Shown here one piece after another: positions 18,741-27,350 of a DNA stretch of 64,000 nt (position 1 is its first letter; each line of letters starts with the position of its first letter). This DNA comes from Chloroflexota bacterium. Lineage in GTDB: Bacteria > Chloroflexota > Dehalococcoidia > Dehalococcoidales > UBA2162. Under the pieces are notes generated by a model, which saw only the letters and a program-made list of their open reading frames with translations, did not search any database and was not told the DNA's origin. The stretch lies in assembly GCA_016190895.1 (NCBI GenBank), contig JACPPR010000030.1:241-64240 (forward strand), in the 5' to 3' direction. Both the position numbers and the translations under genes were made by a program.

Positions 18741-18823
18741 AAATCCCCCTAATCCCCCTTTTTCAAAGGGGGAGGTTCGAGTGTAGGCATCTCCCTTTGT
18801 CAAAGGGAGAATGAGAGGGATTT
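18741..18823. mobile_element. Family 1 repeat, copy d
   Basis: Lies between convergent pheT and proS. The right TIR overlaps the proS stop. Confidence 0.8.
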
Positions 18824-20513
18824 AACCCACAAGCTCCCTTAGCTTGCTAACCGCCTCCTCCACCCCTACCAACTCCGCCTGTTTTTCCGAGCGGCGTTTG
18901 ACCTCAATGCTGTTCTTTTCCAGCGAGCGCGGGCTGATGGTCACCCGGAAGGGGATGCCCAGCAGGTCGGCATCATTGAACTTTACCCCCGGCGATTCCT
19001 GGCGGTCATCTAAGAGGACTTCTAATCCGGCTGCGGTAAGGTCGGCATACAGCTTCTCGGTTACTTCCGCAACCTTAGAACCTTCCCGGTAGAGTGGGCA
19101 AAGATGAATCTGATATGGGGCGACCGAAGCCGGCCATATGATGCCCTTGTCATCGTGATGGTGCTCGATGATGGCGGCGAGCAGCCGGCTGGGGCCGATG
19201 CCGTAGCAGCCCATGATAATCGGCTTAGACTGGCCGTCTTTGTCTATGAAGCTCGCGCCGAGCTTCGCTGAATAAAACGTGCCCAGCTTGAAGATGTGCC
19301 CAAGCTCCAGGCTGCAGCTGGAGGCCAGCTTGCCGCCGCACCTCGGGCAGGTATCCCCGGCGCGGGCTTTGGCGATATCGGTAATGATGTCCGCCTTGAA
19401 ATCCCGCGGGTAGTTGACGTTCTTGATGTGCGTGGCGGGCTTGTTGCCGCCAGCGATAAAGTTCGTGCCTGAGCTTACTGAATCGTCGGCGATAATCTGA
19501 ATGTCTTTGATGCCCACGGGTGAAGCCGCCCCGGGTACCAGACCGGCTTCCTTCACCTCGTCCTCCGTGGCCATTCGGAGGTCTGTGCAGTGCAGGGCGT
19601 TTTTCAGCTTGGTCTCGTTCACCTCGAGGTCGCCCCGGATAACGCCGAAGACAAAGTTCTTATCCGCCACGTAGAAGACGGCTTTCAGTGTGCGGGAGTG
19701 GGGAACTTTGAGAAAATCGGCGACTTCTTCGATGGTCGCCTTGCCCGGCGTGGCGACTTCCTCGATGGGCAGCAACTCTTCGCTATGCGCTATGCTCTTG
19801 GCGCTCGCCGCCTTCTCGGTGTTGGCGGCGTAGCCGCAGGAACAGTGGATAATCTCATCCTCGCCAGAATCAGTGACGAGCATGAACTCTTTCGATTCTT
19901 TGCCGCCAATAGCCCCGCTATCCGCCTCTACGAGCACGGTAGGCAGGCCGCAGCGGTCGAAGATGTTCTGGTAAGCTACGCGCATCTTCTCGTAGCTGAT
20001 GTCCAGCCCAGCCTCATCGGCATCGAAGCTATAGAGGTCTTTCATGGCGAACTCGCGCGCCCGCACCAGTCCGGCGCGGGGGCGGGGTTCATCGCGGAAC
20101 TTGGTCTGGATTTGGTACAGGAGTTGGGGCAGGTCGCGGTAGCTCTGCACGTTGTATTTCACAAGCTCGGTGATGACCTCTTCGTGAGTTGGCCCCATGG
20201 CAAGCTGGCGGTCACGGCGGTCCTTGAGGGTGAAAAGGATTTGTCCCAGCGCGCCGTGGCGCCCGGTCTGCTGCCAGAGCTCGAGGGGCTGGAGTACGGG
20301 CATCATCAGCTCCTGCCCGCCGGCCTTGTCCATCTCATCGCGGATGATGTTCTCGATTTTGTTCAACGCCCGCAAGGCCAGCGGCAGGTAGGAATAGACG
20401 CCGGCGGCAATCTGGCGTATCATGCCCGCCCTCAAAAGCAGCTGGTGGCTGGCTGTATCCGCCTCGGCGGGGAGCTCTCTCTGGGTTTTACCGAACAGTT
20501 GCGATATGCGCAT
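18822..20513 (-). CDS. proS: Proline--tRNA ligase (bacterial type with INS editing domain)
   Basis: 563 aa, starting MRISQLFGKTQRELPAEAD...; class II motifs; convergent with pheT. Confidence 0.94.
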   Translation of the reverse strand: MRISQLFGKTQRELPAEADTASHQLLLRAGMIRQIAAGVYSYLPLALRALNKIENIIRDEMDKAGGQELMMPVLQPLELWQQTGRHGALGQILFTLKDRRDRQLAMGPTHEEVITELVKYNVQSYRDLPQLLYQIQTKFRDEPRPRAGLVRAREFAMKDLYSFDADEAGLDISYEKMRVAYQNIFDRCGLPTVLVEADSGAIGGKESKEFMLVTDSGEDEIIHCSCGYAANTEKAASAKSIAHSEELLPIEEVATPGKATIEEVADFLKVPHSRTLKAVFYVADKNFVFGVIRGDLEVNETKLKNALHCTDLRMATEDEVKEAGLVPGAASPVGIKDIQIIADDSVSSGTNFIAGGNKPATHIKNVNYPRDFKADIITDIAKARAGDTCPRCGGKLASSCSLELGHIFKLGTFYSAKLGASFIDKDGQSKPIIMGCYGIGPSRLLAAIIEHHHDDKGIIWPASVAPYQIHLCPLYREGSKVAEVTEKLYADLTAAGLEVLLDDRQESPGVKFNDADLLGIPFRVTISPRSLEKNSIEVKRRSEKQAELVGVEEAVSKLRELVG

Positions 20514-20535
20514 TGCTTACTCCGATTAAGCGAAT

Positions 20536-20583
20536 GGTGGGTTACGTCCTTCCGTTGCGAGATGCGGAAGGACGTAACCCACC
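20536..20583. repeat. Perfect 19-bp stem hairpin in the proS 5' region
   Basis: GGTGGGTTACGTCCTTCCG-N10-CGGAAGGACGTAACCCACC. Confidence 0.85.
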
Positions 20584-20711
20584 CTACGGCTTCCGACAAT
20601 CCTTTAACTTGACACTTAGGCAAACGCAGGGTTAAGCTTATTTTAAATAAGTGTGTCAGCAGGTAGGTTAACATTTTGCAAGGCTACACGTCAATAAGAA
20701 GGCTAAAATGA

Positions 20712-20921
20712 ATGGATTTAGTCTACTCAGACCATGCGCTAAAGAGGATGAAGGAGAGGGCTGTTTCTGAAAGTGACGTAGAAACATGCCTTCGAGACCA
20801 CGACATACTTTCTACGGATAGAAATGGTAACCCCAAATACAGTAGACATATTGGAGAAAGATATATCAAGGTTGTCGTAGCTAAAGATGACCATAACTTC
20901 GTAATCACGGTAGAAGACTGA
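20712..20921 (+). CDS. DUF4258-like small toxin-like protein
   Basis: 69 aa with YSDHALKRMKERAVSESDV; low GC; paired with the next ORF. Confidence 0.55.
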   Translation: MDLVYSDHALKRMKERAVSESDVETCLRDHDILSTDRNGNPKYSRHIGERYIKVVVAKDDHNFVITVED

Positions 20922-20942
20922 AAAAACCAGGGGAATCAGCAG

Positions 20943-21182
20943 ATGAAGATGAAAATAGAGCACGATAAAAAAGCGGACGCAATCTATATATATCTTAGCG
21001 ATGCGCCCTATTCCTATGGCAAGAATTTAGACACCGAAAGACGTGTGGACTATGATGCCAATGGCAATCCCAGAGGAATAGAATTGCTGTGTGTAAGCAC
21101 GGGTGTCAATACCGATGGTTTGCCGAATCGGGCTAAAGTTGAAAAACTTCTGAGTGATAGTGGGATAAAGGTCTTTGCCTAG
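20943..21182 (+). CDS. DUF2283-like small protein (putative antitoxin partner)
   Basis: 79 aa with DKKADAIYIYLSD ... DANGNPRGIELL; low GC. Confidence 0.55.
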   Translation: MKMKIEHDKKADAIYIYLSDAPYSYGKNLDTERRVDYDANGNPRGIELLCVSTGVNTDGLPNRAKVEKLLSDSGIKVFA

Positions 21183-21239
21183 ATTGAGCTACCCGTCATT
21201 TCTCTACATTCCGGCGAAGGTTAATTGACGGTCTAGGAG

Positions 21240-21278
21240 AAAATCCCTCTCAATCTCCCTTTGCGAAAGGGAGAGGCC
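21240..21278. mobile_element. Family 1 repeat, half copy e
   Basis: AAAATCCCTCTCAATCTCCCTTTGCGAAAGGGAGAGGCC. Confidence 0.6.
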
Positions 21279-21826
21279 TACCCCTCGTTCTGCCTAATGT
21301 TAATGGCGGCCTTCAGCAGGGCTAGCTCGCCTGGCTCGATATCCATTGCCAGCGCTTCTGCGATGGGGTGGAACTCTACTCCGTGAACGTATTCATCAGC
21401 GATGGTGGCTTTCGGGAAATGTTTGTCCGCCTGAGCGGTGTAGATAAGCCAGATGAAGTCAGGATAGGGGTAGGCATAGCCGGCGGGTTTGGGACCGAGG
21501 TGGTGAAAGTGCATGAAGCCGAGGGGTCGGTTGTCTTTGAGAGTCCAGCCGGTCTCCTCGAGAAGCTCCCGGCGGAGTGTTTCCTCTATGGACTCGCCTT
21601 TTTCGCATCGTCCTCCGGGGGTTATGTAGAACTCATTCTTCCCATTATCCACGACAAGCACCTTATCACCACGAAAAACGATAGCCCGCACGGAACTGAC
21701 GTATTGCGCCGGCGGCTGTTCAGCGTTTTGATAACAAGCGATTTCGAGGGGCATATCGCCCCACTTGGTGGTGCCTTCGGCGAGTAACTTGCCGGAGGCG
21801 AGAAAGGCGGAGAGGTCTGGGTTCAT
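21278..21826 (-). CDS. Nudix hydrolase
   Basis: Nudix box GGRCEKGESIEETLRRELLEETG. Confidence 0.85.
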   Translation of the reverse strand: MNPDLSAFLASGKLLAEGTTKWGDMPLEIACYQNAEQPPAQYVSSVRAIVFRGDKVLVVDNGKNEFYITPGGRCEKGESIEETLRRELLEETGWTLKDNRPLGFMHFHHLGPKPAGYAYPYPDFIWLIYTAQADKHFPKATIADEYVHGVEFHPIAEALAMDIEPGELALLKAAINIRQNEG

Positions 21827-21865
21827 TTTTCAGTCACGTAGTCTATCATTTTGAGGTAAAGGTGC

Positions 21866-22753
21866 TTATTTAGCGTTGCGCCGATGTTCAATAATTTCAT
21901 TACCGAGCTTTTTCCAATCGTCCAGTGTGCTCCAGAGCGTATCCAGTGCCCACAATGAGGCTCCAATGATGAATATGATGAGCACTGAGCCCATACCCTT
22001 CGGGAGAAACTGGAGCATGAATATCAGCACACCAAGTAAGGTGAATGTCAAACCGGTTGCCTTTGCTATCAGGCGCGTATATCTAAACAGTTGGCGCAAT
22101 TTCTCTCGCATACTCGGCCCTCCAAGTGAGAATTTGTCTTGGTTCAAAATTTCTTTGAATGTTCTTGGGAGAATCTGTTCCCTGTCTAGTTCTTGAAGCA
22201 GGTTAATCCCTTCGTTTTCGACGGACTCTCTGTAAAATATTACAGGCGTGCCGTTTTTCTTGAAAGTGTCTAAAGAAAGTCTAGTGTAGCCTTCAAAGTA
22301 ATTAGCAAAATGACCTCGGCGCTCACGCGCTTTCTTGACATACTTATGTAGCCGATACCAACAACGTAATGACGTAGTTCCAGCATAAGCCTCGACTGCT
22401 AAGCTTCTATCAATATATTTCTTGTATACCAGCAATCCCAATATGTTAAATCGGGAAATCAGGTGTTCTATGATTTGCCTTTCTGTTTGATTCCCCGGTT
22501 CCGCATAATCATTGGGTAAACTATAAATGGCGCTGCGAAGTTGTTGCATTGAATCTTCGTCGCGTAGCTCTCTGAACCAGTCCATGGCAATTTGAACTTG
22601 TGTGTTACGTTTTGATTCCCGTATCTGCAATATGGCGACGACTATTCCCAGTGCCAGAACTAGAGTCGCGAGAGCATATACAGCCGTCCAGAATACCAAC
22701 GGTTCCGTCCAAAATACCAGCGGATTGGCTTGTGCGGTAGCAGTGACGTTCAC
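21866..22753 (-). CDS. Hypothetical membrane protein (1 N-terminal + 2 C-terminal TM helices), low GC
   Basis: 295 aa. The GTG start overlaps the ispG stop (GTGA). N-terminal tandem PLVFWTE/PLVFWTA. No family recognised with confidence. Confidence 0.6.
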   Translation of the reverse strand: MNVTATAQANPLVFWTEPLVFWTAVYALATLVLALGIVVAILQIRESKRNTQVQIAMDWFRELRDEDSMQQLRSAIYSLPNDYAEPGNQTERQIIEHLISRFNILGLLVYKKYIDRSLAVEAYAGTTSLRCWYRLHKYVKKARERRGHFANYFEGYTRLSLDTFKKNGTPVIFYRESVENEGINLLQELDREQILPRTFKEILNQDKFSLGGPSMREKLRQLFRYTRLIAKATGLTFTLLGVLIFMLQFLPKGMGSVLIIFIIGASLWALDTLWSTLDDWKKLGNEIIEHRRNAK

Positions 22754-23886
22754 AGCCTTCCCACCTCCCCCATCAGAACGCGAACGAAATCTGCTTCCTG
22801 AACCACCCCGATTTTTTTGCCTTTTTTGAAGAGGATTGCCATGCCTTTGCCGCAGGCGATGCCGATATCGGCATCCATGGCTTCGCCGGGGCCGTTGACG
22901 GCGCAGCCCATGACGGCGACCTTGATAGGCTTGTCAATCTTTAATAGCTCTTTCTCGACTGCTTCGGCGATGGGGATGAGGTCTACCTCGGTGCGGCCGC
23001 AGGAGGGGCAGCTAACCAGCACCGGTCCGTGCTGGCGCAGGTTCAGGCTTTTCAGGATTTCGTAGCCGGCGATGACCTCTTCCTTCGGCGGGGCGGTGAG
23101 GGAAACGCGGATGGTATCCCCGATGCCCATTGCGAGCAGCGTGCCGATGCCGACGGCGCTGCGGATGATGCCCGTGCGGGGCGTGCCCGCCTCCGTGATG
23201 CCGATGTGGAGGGGGTAGGGGATTTTTTCCGCGATGTCTCTGTAAGCTTCTATTGTGGTAGGCACATCGAAGGCTTTCAGGGAGACCTTGATGAGGTCGA
23301 AATCGAGGCTTTCCAGTAGCCGTACCTGCTCCAGGGCGGCCTCGACCATATTGCGAGCGATAGACGATATTGTCATTCCCTGCGAAGGCAGGGAATCCAG
23401 AGGAGGAACGGGAGGGTTGGATTCTCCGGTCAAGCCGGAGAATGACAATTCTGAACTGCCGAGGCTGGCTTTTTTAGGCAAACTACCCGCATTCACCCCG
23501 ATGCGGATGGGGACGCTCCGCTCTTTGGCCGCTTTGACCACTGCTTTGACTCTTTCCGGGTCGCTGATATTGCCGGGGTTAAGGCGCAGGCCGTCCACGC
23601 CCGCCTTGAGCGCGGCCAGAGCCAGGCGGTAATCGAAATGGATATCGGCAATCAGTGGAATTCTGATGCCTTTCTTGATGCCCGCGAGCGCCTCGGCGGC
23701 CTGCATATCCGGCACGGCGACGCGGATTATCTCGCAATCGGCCTCCTCAAGCTCCTTAATCTGGGCGATTGTTGACATAACATCATGGGTATCGGTGTTG
23801 GTCATCGATTGGACGGAGATGGGGGCTGTGCCCCCCACACTAACATCACCAATCTGTATCTGTTTTGAAAGCCTGCGGGAAATCAT
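22750..23886 (-). CDS. ispG: HMBPP synthase (GcpE/IspG) carrying an in-frame 81-nt repeat insert
   Basis: IQIGDVSVGG, VQSMTNTDT, CPSCGRTEVD and MGCAVNGPGEA. Start moved to ATG 23886 (SD GGGGAGGGG). Confidence 0.92.
   Translation of the reverse strand: MISRRLSKQIQIGDVSVGGTAPISVQSMTNTDTHDVMSTIAQIKELEEADCEIIRVAVPDMQAAEALAGIKKGIRIPLIADIHFDYRLALAALKAGVDGLRLNPGNISDPERVKAVVKAAKERSVPIRIGVNAGSLPKKASLGSSELSFSGLTGESNPPVPPLDSLPSQGMTISSIARNMVEAALEQVRLLESLDFDLIKVSLKAFDVPTTIEAYRDIAEKIPYPLHIGITEAGTPRTGIIRSAVGIGTLLAMGIGDTIRVSLTAPPKEEVIAGYEILKSLNLRQHGPVLVSCPSCGRTEVDLIPIAEAVEKELLKIDKPIKVAVMGCAVNGPGEAMDADIGIACGKGMAILFKKGKKIGVVQEADFVRVLMGEVGRL
23369..23449. mobile_element. 81-nt palindromic repeat inserted in frame in ispG
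   Basis: 9-bp perfect TIR ATTGTCATT / AATGACAAT. Internal hairpins ATTCCCTGC-gaa-GGCAGGGAAT and TTCTCCGG-tcaa-GCCGGAGAA. Confidence 0.8.
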
Positions 23887-23896
23887 AGTTCCCCTC

Positions 23897-23950
23897 CCCG
23901 AAAAATCCAAATGTCAAAATCCAAATGCCAAGTAAAGCTCAAAGCTCTAC
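23897..23950. repeat. AT-rich CAAAT/ATTTG word repeat
   Basis: AAATCCAAATGTCAAAATCCAAATGCCAAGTAAAGCTCAAAGC. Confidence 0.6.
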
Positions 23951-23952
23951 CT

Positions 23953-24051
23953 AAATCCCTCCCAGCCTCCCTTTACGAAAGGGAGGTGCCAGATGCTGCC
24001 ATCCTCGTCTCAGGCATCCCTCTTTCGTAAAGAGGGACAGGAGGGAGATTT
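23953..24051. mobile_element. Family 1 repeat, copy f
   Basis: Lies in the ispG-rseP spacer. Confidence 0.8.
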
Positions 24052-24057
24052 GTGACC

Positions 24058-25107
24058 TTACCCGCTAATAATTCTCATAATATCATTGAAAGTGACTGCC
24101 AGGAGAAAGGCCATCAGCAGGAGAAAGCCGATGAGGTGCACCCGGCCTTCGGCTTTGGGCGAAATGCGCTTGCCCCGGCGCAGCCACTCCAGCAGGACGA
24201 AGGCAACTCGGCCGCCATCCAGGGCGGGCAGGGGAAAGATATTGATGATGCCCAGGTTGATGCTGAGGAAGGCGGCAAACTCGAGCAGCGGGCTGAAGCC
24301 GGCCTGAGCTACTTCTCCGGTCAACTGGGCGATGCCCACCGGCCCGGTGACTTCGGCAGGCGCCGTGCCGATAAACATACCGATGATGCCGTTCTTAAAT
24401 AAGGTAAATGTTTCGATAGAGGCGCCGATTCCCATCGGTATCGCCCTCCAGAAAGGCTCGCTGCGGCGGACAATCTTTGCCTCTGAAGTCCTGAGCAGAA
24501 CACCCACCGCTCCCTGCCCTTCCGGGGGTTTCCAGCGAGGTATCACTGCGATGGTTTCTCTGGTAGCATCACTGTGCTGGACGAGCAGGGTAATCTGCTT
24601 GCCCAGATTGAGGTCGATAGCGCGGCTTAAATCGATGTTGCTCTCCAACGGCTTGTTATTAATGCTGAGGATAGTATCTCCCGGTCTGATACCGGCGTTC
24701 AGGGCGGGCGAGTTCGGGGCTACGTCCTCGACTGTCACCTTCCCGCTTACCGTATCGTGGGGTACCATAAAAGCGATGGAGAAGAGGAGCAGGGGCAGCA
24801 ATAAATTCATTATCGAACCGGCGCTGAGCACGAGCAGGCGGGTGGCGATGCTCTTACCGGCCAGGCTGCCCGGCACTTTGGGGTCTTCTTCCCCGGCCAT
24901 TTTGACGAAGCCGCCCAGAGGGATTGCGTTCAGCGAATAGATTGTCCCGCCTCGTTTAATAGAAAGAAGTCTCGGCGGGAAAAAGAGACCGAACTCCTGC
25001 ACCGTCACTCCCCTGGCTTTAGCCGTGGCAAAGTGTCCCAGCTCGTGTGCCAGAACAAGCACTACGATAACTATTATGAAGGCGACCATAGAAATCAATG
25101 CTGTCAT
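24058..25107 (-). CDS. rseP: RIP zinc metalloprotease RseP
   Basis: HELGHF, PDZ domain, NIFPLPALDGG. Confidence 0.9.
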   Translation of the reverse strand: MTALISMVAFIIVIVVLVLAHELGHFATAKARGVTVQEFGLFFPPRLLSIKRGGTIYSLNAIPLGGFVKMAGEEDPKVPGSLAGKSIATRLLVLSAGSIMNLLLPLLLFSIAFMVPHDTVSGKVTVEDVAPNSPALNAGIRPGDTILSINNKPLESNIDLSRAIDLNLGKQITLLVQHSDATRETIAVIPRWKPPEGQGAVGVLLRTSEAKIVRRSEPFWRAIPMGIGASIETFTLFKNGIIGMFIGTAPAEVTGPVGIAQLTGEVAQAGFSPLLEFAAFLSINLGIINIFPLPALDGGRVAFVLLEWLRRGKRISPKAEGRVHLIGFLLLMAFLLAVTFNDIMRIISG

Positions 25108-25160
25108 TTGTTTGTCCTTCGTAATACTACAAATACTACCAATGTCAAATACTACAAATA
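25108..25160. repeat. AT-rich word repeat (TACTACAAATA type)
   Basis: Reverse-complement similarity to 54365-54398. Confidence 0.6.
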
Positions 25161-26285
25161 GTTCAATACCTGCTGTCTCGCCCAGGCGTCAGCTTCGATA
25201 ATCTGTTCCAGATTTGGGCGCGATATGGATTGATGCCCGGACAATGTTTGCTCGACGAGCCGGGCGATATCAGTGAACTTGATTTTCTGAGCGAGGAAAA
25301 GCTCGACGGCTGCCTCGTCGGCGCCACAGAGCACGGCCGGGCAGGTGCCGCCCTGCTTGCCCGCCTCGATAGCCAGCTTGAGACAAGGGAAGCTGTCACA
25401 ATCCGGCGGCTCGAAGGTCAGGCTGGCTGCCTTATCCCAGTCGAGTTTGGGCAGTTGCGGGTTAGCCAGGCGCTCAGGATATGAAAGAGCGAACTGGATA
25501 GGCAGGCGCATATCGGGGTAGCTTAGCTGCGCCTTAATCGAACCGTCGGCAAACTCAACCATCGAGTGTATTATACTCTGAGGGTGGACGAGGACACTAA
25601 TTCTTTCAAATGGCATCTCGAATAGCCAGTGAGCTTCAATTACTTCAAGCCCCTTATTCATCAGGGTGGCCGAGTCAATGGTAATCTTTCTGCCCATTCT
25701 CCAGGATGGGTGTTTGAGAGCCTGCTCGGCGGTGACTTTCTCAAGCTGGGCCAGGGAATAATTGCGGAAGGGCCCGCCGGAGGCAGTCAGGATAAGACGG
25801 GCGGCCGGGGTTGTCTCTCCATTCAGACATTGCCAGATGGCGCTGTGTTCGCTATCGATGGGCAGAATCCGGGCTGAATGCTGCTTTGCCTCGGCGGTGA
25901 CAATCTCCCCGGCCATTACCAGGGCTTCTTTGTTTGCCAGGGCGACAGTCTTGCCGGCCCTGACTGCGGCGAGCGCCGGGAGTAGCCCGGCTTTCCCCGA
26001 GGTGGCGATGACCACGGTATCTACCAGAGGGAGATTCGCCATCGCTTCCGGCGGCAGGATTTCATACCCGGCGCCGGCAATAGAGTGTAGTTTCTGTTCG
26101 TCCTGAAGATAAACGAAGCGTGGTTTGAACTCCTCGATTTGCCGCTTGAGCAGGTCAGAATTGTTGCCGGCGGCGAGGGCGATGACGCGGAAGCGGTGAG
26201 AGAAGGCACGCAGCACCTCAAGCGTTTGCTGCCCGATGGAACCTGTCGAACCCAGGACGGCGAGGTGCTTTACGGAATCAGCCAT
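25152..26285 (-). CDS. dxr: 1-deoxy-D-xylulose 5-phosphate reductoisomerase
   Basis: 377 aa with LGSTGSIGQQTL and typical Dxr core. Confidence 0.94.
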   Translation of the reverse strand: MADSVKHLAVLGSTGSIGQQTLEVLRAFSHRFRVIALAAGNNSDLLKRQIEEFKPRFVYLQDEQKLHSIAGAGYEILPPEAMANLPLVDTVVIATSGKAGLLPALAAVRAGKTVALANKEALVMAGEIVTAEAKQHSARILPIDSEHSAIWQCLNGETTPAARLILTASGGPFRNYSLAQLEKVTAEQALKHPSWRMGRKITIDSATLMNKGLEVIEAHWLFEMPFERISVLVHPQSIIHSMVEFADGSIKAQLSYPDMRLPIQFALSYPERLANPQLPKLDWDKAASLTFEPPDCDSFPCLKLAIEAGKQGGTCPAVLCGADEAAVELFLAQKIKFTDIARLVEQTLSGHQSISRPNLEQIIEADAWARQQVLNYL

Positions 26286-27094
26286 ACAGCATAATAGTAT
26301 ACCACGACTCCAGCAAAGACAAGACTATCCAGGCGGTCGAGCAGTCCGCCGTGTCCCGGCAAGAAGGTGCCTGAATCTTTCACCCCCATATTGCGTTTGA
26401 AGAGGGATTCGGCAAGGTCGCCGAACTGGCCGAAAACGCTGACCAGTAAACCCAGCGCGATTGCCTGTCCCCAGTTCAGGGGCAGGCTCAGGGGTGTCGG
26501 TAATATGAAGAAAAGGCTGACGAGCATGGCGCCGATAGCTCCGGCCACGGCGCCTTCCCGAGTCTTGCCCGGGCTAATATCCGGGGCAAGTTTGTGCCTG
26601 CCCAGAGCCTTGCCGGCGAAGAAAGCCGCCGTGTCGGAAGCGAAGGTGACGAACAGAGTCAGGTAAACCCAGTTTCGGCCGTCGCTCAGGCCTCTCAGCG
26701 CCACCATATACCCCAGCAGCCAGCCGATGTAAAGAATGCCGGCGACCGTCCAGACCCAGCCGGCTATGGCGCCGTCCTTTTGCCTTCGCAGCAATAGCCA
26801 GATAAGCGGCAGCACCACCATGACAGTCAGCAGCAGCCTGATGTCGAGGTAAGATTGGATGACAAGCGGTAATCCCGAATCACGGCTGAGAATAAAGAGG
26901 GCTGTCAAGATCAGCCCGAAGTAGGTGAGAGGCGGCACTTTAGACGCAGCTACAGCTTTATAGAACTCGCGTACGGCCAGGACTCCCCAGGCGGTAATCA
27001 GGATGGTGAACCAGGGCAGAGGCCGGTCGAACCAGACAGCAAGGCTCAGGAGAGGGATGCCCCACAGTGAAGTGATGAGCCTTTTTCTAAGCAT
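26270..27094 (-). CDS. cdsA: Phosphatidate cytidylyltransferase
   Basis: Signature SLFKRNMGVKDSGTFLPGHGGLLDRLDS; multi-TM. Confidence 0.92.
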   Translation of the reverse strand: MLRKRLITSLWGIPLLSLAVWFDRPLPWFTILITAWGVLAVREFYKAVAASKVPPLTYFGLILTALFILSRDSGLPLVIQSYLDIRLLLTVMVVLPLIWLLLRRQKDGAIAGWVWTVAGILYIGWLLGYMVALRGLSDGRNWVYLTLFVTFASDTAAFFAGKALGRHKLAPDISPGKTREGAVAGAIGAMLVSLFFILPTPLSLPLNWGQAIALGLLVSVFGQFGDLAESLFKRNMGVKDSGTFLPGHGGLLDRLDSLVFAGVVVYYYAVWLIP

Positions 27095-27190
27095 TTTGCC
27101 TATTATACCATCTTAAATTCTAAGCACGAAATCCGAAACTCTAAACAAGTTCAAATTTCAAAGCTCAAATGTCAAAAAAATGATATGTCC
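27095..27190. repeat. AT-rich word repeat, left arm
   Basis: CTAAGCACGAAATCCGAAACTCTAAACAAGTTCAAA matches the reverse complement of 56873-56910. CAAAGCTCAAATG is inverted at 27331-43. Confidence 0.65.
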
Positions 27191-27290
27191 AAAATCCTCC
27201 TTCAGTCCCCCTTTACAAAAGGCGATACCTAAAACTGAAGAGGGTCGCAGTAGGCATCTCCCTTTATTAAAAGGAGAAGGAGAGGGATTT
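27191..27290. mobile_element. Family 1 repeat, copy g
   Basis: Lies in the cdsA-uppS spacer, nested between inverted AT-rich arms. Confidence 0.8.
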
Positions 27291-27350
27291 AGCTTTAAGC
27301 ATTTGGATTTCATTTGTAATTTGGATTTTGGCATTTGAGCTTTCGGTGAA
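27291..27350. repeat. AT-rich word repeat, right arm
   Basis: CATTTGGATTTCATTTGTAATTTGGATTTTGGCATTTGAGCTTTC. Confidence 0.65.

Noticed and set aside
20514-20711. T-box riboswitch upstream of proS
   Set aside because: Only a loose match to the T-box core (AGGGTGGGTTACG) is present. The leader is about 150 nt, lacks stem I / specifier features and has no U-run after the hairpin. Confirmation with Infernal is needed, but I do not call it.
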